From IMG/VR virus record IMGVR_UViG_3300025011_000137, positions 1-32,103 of that record: a DNA stretch of 32,103 nucleotides; one strand, given 5' to 3'. Position 1 is the stretch's first letter. Every line of letters starts with the position of its first letter. The stretch comes from a virus. Taxonomy: Duplodnaviria > Caudoviricetes. A program made the translations under genes and the position numbers. Below the pieces are notes generated by a model. The model was given only the letters and a program-made list of their open reading frames with translations. It made no database searches and was not told the origin of the DNA. Positions 25,560 through 32,103 of this stretch are shown here, piece by piece.

Positions 25560-26768
25560 TTGAAAGGTTTTGATTGTAACACCAAATTATCAGCTGAGAA
25601 AGCTCTCCAATTCAAGCAACAGGGTTATGGCTTCGCGATTCGTTATGTAGGAAGGCTCCAGCAGGCTTCATTTGACATCGATCAAGCAGAGGTAAACAAT
25701 ATCCTTGCAGCGGGTCTTAAGCTTGCTATCGTCCAGCACTGCCCCAAAGACGGGTGGATCCCTACAAAGGATCTCGGCATCACCTATGGCCAGAACGCGG
25801 TTAAATTTTCAAAAGAAGCAGGGTATAACAAAGGCTGTATAGTCTATCTTGATCTGGAAGGTGTGCTTCCTGGGACAAGCAAAGCCGATATTATCTCATT
25901 CTGTAATGCTTGGTATGGTGAAGTGGTCAAATACTATACTCCCGGCATATACATCGGGTTTAATGCGTTTCTGACCAGCGAAGAGCTGTATAAAAAGCTG
26001 AAATTCCAGCATTATTGGAAGTCATTTTCAAAAGTCCCGGATGTTTATAAGCGCGGGTATGAAATGATCCAGAAAGCAGAATGTAGGGTAAATGGCATTG
26101 CTATTGATCCGGATGAAGTAGCCGGTGATAAGCTGGGTAATTTTCCTGTATTTATGGAGGGCGTTGTGTATAAAAAAGTATGGTTGACACATGTAATTGA
26201 GTTGGATCCCATGCAGTTAAAAGCATCACTTGTCTCAAATAAAGGATCTATTATTGCAAAGGCATTCAGGAACTTTGTAAATGCTAATTTCTTCTCTGGA
26301 AAAAACACTATAGGCTGGTTGATCTCCGAGGGTAAAGTCCTGAATGAACGGCATGAGTACAAGACCTGGAGAGGTAATCGCAAAGGGACATTAGTAATTT
26401 ACAAGGATGGTAAGGTAGAAGCAGGATTGAGGTATGACAGTGACATAGCTCCCGTAGTAGATAAAATATGGTTCTGTTGTCAGGGCTTTAACCTGTTCCC
26501 TCTTGATATAGCGAAGGAGGGCTTCGATCCTGCTACCGTTGGCTATAAAACCAACAGGGTATCTATCGGGTACAATAAAGCTACCAACAAGATCATAATT
26601 GCTGTACGGCCTTCCAGTGACTCCAAGAGGGCGGTACAAACAATGAAAAATCTAGGCTGTGAAGGTGCTGCGATATGCCTTGATTCTGGTGGCAGTGTAA
26701 ATCTTAATGTCAACAATAAGCTGATCTATAAAACGGATCGGCAGTTAACAAATATTATACATTGGTGA
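25560..26768 (+). CDS. Endolysin: DUF1906/GH25-like glycoside hydrolase plus phosphodiester glycosidase (NAGPA-like) domain
   Basis: KGFD...GYGFAIRY...VYLDLE...PGIY N-domain; VNANFF, RVSIG, AICLDSGGS C-domain. Confidence 0.8.
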   Translation: MKGFDCNTKLSAEKALQFKQQGYGFAIRYVGRLQQASFDIDQAEVNNILAAGLKLAIVQHCPKDGWIPTKDLGITYGQNAVKFSKEAGYNKGCIVYLDLEGVLPGTSKADIISFCNAWYGEVVKYYTPGIYIGFNAFLTSEELYKKLKFQHYWKSFSKVPDVYKRGYEMIQKAECRVNGIAIDPDEVAGDKLGNFPVFMEGVVYKKVWLTHVIELDPMQLKASLVSNKGSIIAKAFRNFVNANFFSGKNTIGWLISEGKVLNERHEYKTWRGNRKGTLVIYKDGKVEAGLRYDSDIAPVVDKIWFCCQGFNLFPLDIAKEGFDPATVGYKTNRVSIGYNKATNKIIIAVRPSSDSKRAVQTMKNLGCEGAAICLDSGGSVNLNVNNKLIYKTDRQLTNIIHW

Positions 26769-26786
26769 AAGGGAAAGGTGATTTTT

Positions 26787-27170
26787 ATGAAGAACTTGAA
26801 AAGGGCTCTGTGTATGTTGTGCGTCATTGTCTTTGTGGCACTCATGTCAATTTCAGTGGCGTTTGCTGCTGACAGCTCTCCTGGTGCAGATACCCCGTAC
26901 GTATCCTGGGAGTTTTTAGGCACAATGGCAGGAGCTGTAGCAGCTACTACGCTTATCGTCCAATTTCTGAAAGTCCCGATTGATAAAGTTTGGAAGATCC
27001 CAACACGATTTATTGTATATTTGATCGCACTGATAATTTTATTGGCTGTGGAGTGTGTTACGCAAGGAGGCCTAGTATTTGACCGGGTGGGGCTTATTAT
27101 AGTTAACGCCGTAATTGTAGCCACAACCTCGATGGGAGCATATGCACAAACGATAAAGTATATGGAATAA
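26787..27170 (+). CDS. Holin-like membrane protein with signal-peptide-like N-terminus
   Basis: SWEFLGTMAGAVAATTLIVQFLK...KIPTR...NAVIVA..SMGAY; alternative GTG start at 26778. Confidence 0.75.
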   Translation: MKNLKRALCMLCVIVFVALMSISVAFAADSSPGADTPYVSWEFLGTMAGAVAATTLIVQFLKVPIDKVWKIPTRFIVYLIALIILLAVECVTQGGLVFDRVGLIIVNAVIVATTSMGAYAQTIKYME

Positions 27171-27202
27171 ATAAAAGCCCTCGATCATTCGGGGGCTTTT
27201 AT
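27171..27202. terminator. Bidirectional intrinsic terminator
   Basis: ATAAAAGCCCTCGA-TCAT-TCGGGGGCTTTTAT between convergent genes. Confidence 0.88.
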
Positions 27203-27203
27203 A

Positions 27204-27428
27204 TTATATGTACCACTGCTTACCACATTTCATACACACTGCTTTTGTTCTACTCTTTATCTTGCCTTTACTCCCACCTGTCAACAGAGCAACTATCAGA
27301 CCAAAAATGCCGGTTAATATAATTATGGGTAGCCATAACAATGTCCCGATGCAGCCCCTCTTTTTAATCTTTCCTTTTGTCTCAGATACTACCTGGATAT
27401 TTTCACTCCCGCACTTCATACAATTCAT
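27204..27428 (-). CDS. LITAF-like zinc-ribbon membrane protein (CxxC-hydrophobic-CxxC)
   Basis: CMKCGS...hydrophobic stretch...CMKCGKQW; GGAGGG RBS. Confidence 0.8.
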   Translation of the reverse strand: MNCMKCGSENIQVVSETKGKIKKRGCIGTLLWLPIIILTGIFGLIVALLTGGSKGKIKSRTKAVCMKCGKQWYI

Positions 27429-27451
27429 ATAAATTCCCTCCAATCGATTAC

Positions 27452-27480
27452 ATAATATAACATAATTTTACTTTGTGCAA
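27452..27480 (-). promoter_or_regulatory. Sigma-A type promoter of the zinc-ribbon gene
   Basis: TTGCAC-N17-TATTAT on the minus strand. Confidence 0.6.
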
Positions 27481-27612
27481 TTACTTTTTTCTACTTTATC
27501 GCGTATATGTGGGTTACAATGTTTCTTTGCGAATGTTAATCGTGATTCGGAAAACCGAATCATTTTTATTTTTATCTGTGTTCTATTTTAAAATCTGTTT
27601 AGGTGGGTTTAT

Positions 27613-27831
27613 ATGGCTATCTCGTATAAAAAAGCTCGTGATATTATAGAAGATAATGATTTATTATATAAGGCAATAAGGATTGAGGTTGGTTTTAGTC
27701 GCGAAACCTGCGCCAAACTCCAAAAAGATGAACACATGAATCTGTATTCCTTGGAACGTCTCGCTAAATACCTAAGTAGAACAACGGGCAAAAAGCTACA
27801 GCCAAGCGATCTATTTGAGTTTATATACTAA
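27613..27831 (+). CDS. Cro/C1-type HTH regulator (HTH_26-like)
   Basis: MAISYK...SRETCAKL...SLERLAKYL...PSDLFEF. Confidence 0.8.
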   Translation: MAISYKKARDIIEDNDLLYKAIRIEVGFSRETCAKLQKDEHMNLYSLERLAKYLSRTTGKKLQPSDLFEFIY

Positions 27832-28079
27832 TTTTGTATTTGTTTAATACCATAAAAAACAAGATTAAATCTTTGTTACATGTCGAAAAAAGTCGATGTA
27901 GAATATACCTCGATCTCTTTGCTATGCCTGCCACGCCTCTTTTCGCGTATCCCATATCTTGGCACACGCTCGAATTATTTGTCGGACGATTGAAGCGCCG
28001 GTATCATTGTAATAGGACTTTTGGCGGGTATATAATGTATTTGTTACCAGTTATGTAAATCGACAGCTAAAAAGGGGCA

Positions 28080-28123
28080 TTGCAATTTTACTAGATTGGT
28101 AGTAAAATAGGAACACATGTTCG
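28080..28123 (+). promoter_or_regulatory. SOS-type promoter with LexA (Cheo) box
   Basis: TTGCAA-N17-TAAAAT (28080-28108) followed by GAAC-ACAT-GTTCG (28111-28123). Confidence 0.8.
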
Positions 28124-28143
28124 GCAAAAGGAGTTGACGTAAT

Positions 28144-28305
28144 TTGAAAAAAATAATTAAAACAGACTTTGGAAACGGGATGGAACACATCAAAAAAATT
28201 GAATCGGAAAAAATAATTATTCTCAATTCTGGCTTTTCTTACAAAAGCGAAGAGATAGAAAGTATTCACATAAAAGACTGCGTCAGGGAGGTTTCTTTTA
28301 AATAG
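28144..28305 (+). CDS. 53-aa LexA-controlled protein, weakly YolD-like (not in ORF track)
   Basis: AAGGAG RBS, TTG start; MKKIIKTDFGNGMEHIKKIESEKIIILNSGFSYKSEEIESIHIKDCVREVSFK. Confidence 0.6.
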   Translation: MKKIIKTDFGNGMEHIKKIESEKIIILNSGFSYKSEEIESIHIKDCVREVSFK

Positions 28306-28361
28306 GCTGTAATTTTCGTCGTTAGAGGTAGCCATTGACGTATTTTACAGCCAATTTATAA
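28296..28361. other. Putative attP of the serine integrase
   Basis: 25-bp inverted arms matching 20/25 around a 16-bp centre; central dinucleotide GT at 28328-28329; overlaps integrase 3' end. Confidence 0.65.
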
Positions 28362-29685
28362 TTATACCTTTTTCAGTAACTTCGATGGTATCAATAAACT
28401 CTTTTAATAAGTTCCTTTTTTCAGTAGGCGTTTGAGCCGCCAAGTACATTTCCCATGAATTCTTAACGTTTACTTTTTCAACGGGTGCAAAATCTATCTC
28501 GGAAAGCTCTCTGTTTATCGCTTTCTCTGTTTTTTTATATTCCTCAAGATCGAATACACCATTTAAGTAACCTTCCTTTAGTCTCGATAGCTTGCTTTCG
28601 AGTTTGGTTTTTCTGCTGTGCATAAAATCATTTACGTTGCTTTCTCTGCTTATTTCCGGTATGTCCGCCTTTATCGCTTTTTCTATTGCTTTCTCAATTT
28701 CGGATTCAAGCCTATCGGTTCTGTAGGTTTTTCTATGGGTGCACCTGCTGGGCTTGTCTACATGCATAGAGTTATTACAGACATACCCGTGATGCAGCTT
28801 AGTGTAATTATGTGCCCTCATCACTTTTCCACAATAACCGCATCTTAATAAACCAAGCATAGTAAACCGTTCAAAGTTTATTCCTCTGTACTCTCTTTTC
28901 CAAGTTCTATCCTTTAGATACTGCTTAACCAAGTTATGCGTTTCTTTGTCAATTATAGGTTCATGCTTACCCTCATAGATCACACCGTCATACTCAATAT
29001 ACCCTGCATACTTAGGATTTTTTACTATCCTGTTTACAGTGTAAAAGCTCCATACATTTTCAACGGGAGATGGGGTGCTTGATTCATTTAGTAACCTTGC
29101 AATTTTTGTACAGCCGTAGCCTTTGTTGATATATAAATCGAAAATAAGCTTAACTGTTTTGGCTTGCTCGTAATTGATAGACATTAAAGCCGGTACCGTA
29201 TGATCTATCCTGTATCCAAAGGGTACGCTCCCATTGTGCAGCCCCTGTGAGGCTCTTTCAACATGTCCCTTTTTGCTCTCCGCAGCTAGATTCTTGACAT
29301 AATATTCCGCAATTAACTCAAGTATACCTTCCTGAAAAAACCCTATTGGGGAGTCTTCTATAGGCTCTGTGATGGATACGACGTTAATTCCCGCTGCTTT
29401 GAGTTGTCGTTTGATTCTTTGGGACAATTCGACTTTTCTAGCAAACCTATCAAATTTATGAACAAGAATAATATTAAATAATTTCTTTTCGGCGTCTTTA
29501 ACCATTTGTTGAAACTGTGGGCGGTTTTCTTTTTGCCCTGATAGCCCTTCATCGGCGTAAATCTTAAATACTTCTATACCGTTTTTGACGCAATACTCCG
29601 AGAGCTGTTTTGATTGAGCCGGTATGGAAAACCCTTCTTCGGCCTGTTCCTCCGTACTCACACGAATATACAATGCAGCTTTCAT
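28345..29685 (-). CDS. int: Large serine recombinase (integrase)
   Basis: YIRVST catalytic Ser, DRFAR, recombinase domain, zinc ribbon CGYCG...C...C, coiled coil. Confidence 0.96.
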   Translation of the reverse strand: MKAALYIRVSTEEQAEEGFSIPAQSKQLSEYCVKNGIEVFKIYADEGLSGQKENRPQFQQMVKDAEKKLFNIILVHKFDRFARKVELSQRIKRQLKAAGINVVSITEPIEDSPIGFFQEGILELIAEYYVKNLAAESKKGHVERASQGLHNGSVPFGYRIDHTVPALMSINYEQAKTVKLIFDLYINKGYGCTKIARLLNESSTPSPVENVWSFYTVNRIVKNPKYAGYIEYDGVIYEGKHEPIIDKETHNLVKQYLKDRTWKREYRGINFERFTMLGLLRCGYCGKVMRAHNYTKLHHGYVCNNSMHVDKPSRCTHRKTYRTDRLESEIEKAIEKAIKADIPEISRESNVNDFMHSRKTKLESKLSRLKEGYLNGVFDLEEYKKTEKAINRELSEIDFAPVEKVNVKNSWEMYLAAQTPTEKRNLLKEFIDTIEVTEKGIIINWL

Positions 29686-29686
29686 A

Positions 29687-29986
29687 TTAACCTCTGTTTT
29701 TGTAGATCAAATAAATTTCGATAGCTTTTATTATTTCTTCCGGGGATAAACCTTTGCTTTTTGCAAAATCAACAGCTGGATTAAACTCATCCTCTATGTC
29801 AAAAAATTTCATTACGCTTATGTCCAATGCTTTGCATATGTTAATAATGTCCTCAGGTGTAGGCTCGATATGCCCGTTTTCCCATTCGCTTATTTGGTTT
29901 TGTTTCTTCCCAACCATACTGCCAAGTTCATCCTGGGTAATCTTTCTTTCCTTACGGAATGCCTTAATTTTATCTCCGTACTGCAT
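29687..29986 (-). CDS. cI: XRE-family phage repressor, 99 aa, no S24 peptidase domain
   Basis: ITQDELGSMVGKKQNQISEWENG HTH; divergent from cro; directly upstream of int. Confidence 0.85.
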   Translation of the reverse strand: MQYGDKIKAFRKERKITQDELGSMVGKKQNQISEWENGHIEPTPEDIINICKALDISVMKFFDIEDEFNPAVDFAKSKGLSPEEIIKAIEIYLIYKNRG

Positions 29987-30011
29987 ACTAAAACTACCTT
30001 CTCTCAACAAT

Positions 30012-30168
30012 ATCGAATTTCTCGATAATTTTAACATGAAAAACAGAGATATGTCAAGGATTTAATATCAAATAGCATGAATGGTAAATATAACTTATGG
30101 CAACAATCGGAAATTTCGATATATGACAGGGAAATGGCCTTGTAATTATCGGAAAATTCGATTATTAT
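30012..30168. promoter_or_regulatory. Lysis-lysogeny switch: three ATCG-N7-CGAT operators and divergent promoters
   Basis: Operators at 30012-30026, 30106-30120, 30148-30162; leftward TTGACA-N18-TAAAAT (30057-30028); rightward TTGTAA-N17-TATTAT (30140-30168). Confidence 0.85.
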
Positions 30169-30204
30169 GTATACAGATAGAAATTAAGCAAAGGGGCGTC
30201 AAAA

Positions 30205-30411
30205 ATGTTTAATATCGGGGATAAACTCAAGAAATACCGTAATCGCAGAGCGATGTCACAAAAGGAGTTTTCTCAATTCCTTGGAATCTCTCAAAACTAT
30301 TTAAGCGAGATTGAAAATGGCATACACACCCCTTCTTTGAAACAAATTTCAAAGTTCGCAGAAAAAATGAATACTACAGTCTCAAGGCTTCTCGGAGAAA
30401 AATCAGCGTAG
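30205..30411 (+). CDS. cro: Cro-like XRE regulator
   Basis: MSQKEFSQFLGISQNYLSEIENG HTH; first rightward gene. Confidence 0.87.
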   Translation: MFNIGDKLKKYRNRRAMSQKEFSQFLGISQNYLSEIENGIHTPSLKQISKFAEKMNTTVSRLLGEKSA

Positions 30412-30420
30412 GAGGTTCTC

Positions 30421-30546
30421 ATGGTTAAGAAAGTTGTTATGGCCTATAATCCTGCAGTAACCCACAAGATTAACGGCAAGGTAGTTACTGTCGAAGAGGT
30501 TATAAAGCATTTAGCCGAAAAAAGAAAAAAGCAGAAGACCGCTTAA
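30421..30546 (+). CDS. Hypothetical 41-aa protein (not in ORF track)
   Basis: AGGAGG RBS; MVKKVVMAYNPAVTHKINGK... Confidence 0.65.
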   Translation: MVKKVVMAYNPAVTHKINGKVVTVEEVIKHLAEKRKKQKTA

Positions 30547-30649
30547 TTTTTTTTACCCTAAAAACAGGACAAGACTCCCCCAGTATTAATATATCCAGCC
30601 AATTCAGGAAATATACCAAAATTCAAAAATATTATGAAAGGGGCAAATC

Positions 30650-31151
30650 ATGACAAATATTATTAAAATCAACAATACCGAAATTCAAGCCAAAGAGTAC
30701 CAAGGTAAAAGAGTCTGTACGCTAAAGGATATTGATGCTTGCCATGCTCGGGCTACCGGCACAGCAAAAAGAAACCTCCCTATTTAACAGAAAACACTTC
30801 ATAGAAAATGAAGATTACTTTCTGTTAAATAGGGAGGAAGCATTGAGTACGAAATTCGTACTCAGCGCCCCAACAGGCTTAACACTTATCACCGAATCCG
30901 GTTATCTCATGTTGGTCAAGTCCTTCACTGATGATTTGGCTTGGGAAGTGCAAAGGCAGCTCGTCAACAATTATTTCAGGGTAAAAGCCCCATTAGTACC
31001 TCAGCCGCCAGCCACAAATTACAAAGCTGTGGTTAACGAACAGCTCCGCAGGCTACATCGAATCCATGAAGGATCTGTATCCGTCTCAGAGTTCTGCGAG
31101 ATATCCAGAACAGTAGCGACAATCTGCCAAATAGCAAATCAAATAAATTAA
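30650..31151 (+). pseudogene. ORF6N-domain antirepressor split by a +1 frameshift near 30765-30787
   Basis: Frame 0: KEYQGKRVCTLKDIDACH...GTAKRN, stop 30787; +1 frame continues NRKHFIENEDYF...ITESGYLMLVKSFTDDLAWEVQRQLVNNYF. Confidence 0.8.
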
Positions 31152-31175
31152 TAAAAGAGAGTGAGGTGGACAGGC

Positions 31176-31418
31176 ATGGGAAGTGTATCAAGAGCGATCA
31201 GACGCAACAAGGTTAGGCAGTTGATGCTATTTAAGGGTGTCCTGAAAATCAACAGGCGGCTGTGTGGATACTGGGGAGCAGTCAAGCGCGGTATCAAGCA
31301 GATGAATCTCGAAAAAGAAGGGAGGAAATTGCTTGAAAAACGGGAAAAGGCTAACCGTAGCAATGAAAAAGTTACTAAAGGCGAACGGCATCAACCCGGA
31401 AAATTGGCTTTACGTTAA
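31176..31418 (+). CDS. Hypothetical basic protein
   Basis: GAGGTG RBS; MGSVSRAIRRNK; 3' part overlaps next gene. Confidence 0.55.
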   Translation: MGSVSRAIRRNKVRQLMLFKGVLKINRRLCGYWGAVKRGIKQMNLEKEGRKLLEKREKANRSNEKVTKGERHQPGKLALR

Positions 31419-31512
31419 AAATACACCAGATGGGCTAGTTATTGTACATAAGAATGTTACTCAGATCAAGGTTCTTAATAAGGGAGGGTGCTTGAAATGT
31501 TCTGGACAATAG
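31333..31512 (+). CDS. DUF6906-like small phage protein (not in ORF track)
   Basis: GGAGG RBS, TTG start; MKNGKRLT...LLKANGINPENWLYVKNTPDGLVIVHK. Confidence 0.72.
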   Translation: MKNGKRLTVAMKKLLKANGINPENWLYVKNTPDGLVIVHKNVTQIKVLNKGGCLKCSGQ

Positions 31513-31664
31513 CTTTAATCGCTTCTCTATTCGCAGCCGGTATTCTTATCCTTACCGTAGTAGCAATGTTCCTGGTTAACAGATGGACTAAAAATTACAT
31601 GAAGGAAAAAATGACAGAGAAGCCGATAGACTCAATCCCTCAGAACTTTAACAAAACCGCTTGA
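31497..31664 (+). CDS. 55-aa single-TM protein (not in ORF track)
   Basis: GGAGGG RBS; MFWTIALIASLFAAGILILTVVAMFLV. Confidence 0.65.
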   Translation: MFWTIALIASLFAAGILILTVVAMFLVNRWTKNYMKEKMTEKPIDSIPQNFNKTA

Positions 31665-31775
31665 AGCCCGGTGGAGCTTATCCACCCCAAACCCAAAACG
31701 GGTTACCATGAGCAGACTGCAGCTGCTTAAAAAAATTATTTTGCCAGTATATCGCTGGGGGAAGGAAAGGTCAAG

Positions 31776-32103
31776 ATGGGAGAAACAAAGACCACGTATT
31801 CAATATGGCAAATTCGTGACGCGGTTAGAAACCTCCAATACAGCTCCGAGAAAGAAATCCGTAAAAACGTAGAGCTCGAATTTTCAAGGTCTATCGAAGA
31901 AAATGCAGAACTCGCCTGTGATCTATCAGCCTATAAATCTAAGCTTGATGAGGTAAACGCGCTCGAAAAGAAGTACAAAGTACGTTACCCGTCCGACTAC
32001 CATTCAGACAGACTAAGGTACAAAATCAAGGAAGACAGATGCGAGGCAGCTTTAGTTAAGGCACGCGATCAATTCAGAACAATTCAGGATAGGCTTAAAA
32101 AAA
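31776..32103 (+). CDS. Hypothetical helical protein, 3' truncated
   Basis: GGAAAGGT RBS; open to the window end (MGETKTTYSIWQIRDAV...). Confidence 0.65.
   Translation, partial: MGETKTTYSIWQIRDAVRNLQYSSEKEIRKNVELEFSRSIEENAELACDLSAYKSKLDEVNALEKKYKVRYPSDYHSDRLRYKIKEDRCEAALVKARDQFRTIQDRLKK

Larger units (their letters stand above)
1..32103. mobile_element. Temperate siphovirus-like phage (partial genome), apparently unintegrated because lysis and integrase modules are contiguous across a putative attP
   Basis: Complete gene order terminase-portal-capsid-neck-tail tube-tape measure-fibre-lysis-integrase-cI/cro; no tail sheath gene; no host genes. Confidence 0.95.

Noticed and set aside
27834-28335. 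ORF-track ORFs 27834-28058 (+), 28044-28226 (-) and 28051-28335 (-)
   Set aside because: No RBS or recognisable motif; they overlap the better supported LexA promoter, 53-aa gene and attP.
1-32103. tRNA, rRNA, introns, inteins or genetic-code reassignment
   Set aside because: No cloverleaf or rRNA-like segment noticed; core genes have normal lengths and are uninterrupted under the standard code.

Overview
A 32 kb segment of a temperate siphovirus-type phage of a Firmicutes (probably clostridial) host. It runs as: end of the replication module (VirE-type primase-helicase, iteron origin, VRR-NUC nuclease, SNF2 helicase, double-HTH protein), packaging (TerS, PBSX-type TerL, SPP1-type portal, MuF minor head), a reverse-strand three-gene moron, head genes (GP20 scaffold, major capsid), an extra fibre-like cluster, neck and tail genes (with a -1 frameshifted chaperone), a lysis cassette, accessory genes, an apparently intact attP next to a large serine integrase, a cI/cro switch and early genes. 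The most notable signal is a repeated promoter-like motif, TTGCAN-N20-TAnnnT, with an abnormal 20-bp spacer. It occurs five times, at the start of each of the four late modules and always downstream of a terminator, whereas early and accessory promoters have normal 17-18 bp spacers. This suggests a late-transcription switch, possibly driven by the double-HTH gene upstream of terS. Also notable: a LexA-boxed 53-aa gene beside attP paired with a repressor that has no protease domain, a second fibre-plus-chaperone cassette in the head region, tandem pseudoknots before the scaffold gene, and a frameshifted antirepressor. Product calls come from motif recognition and gene order only; no database searches were run.
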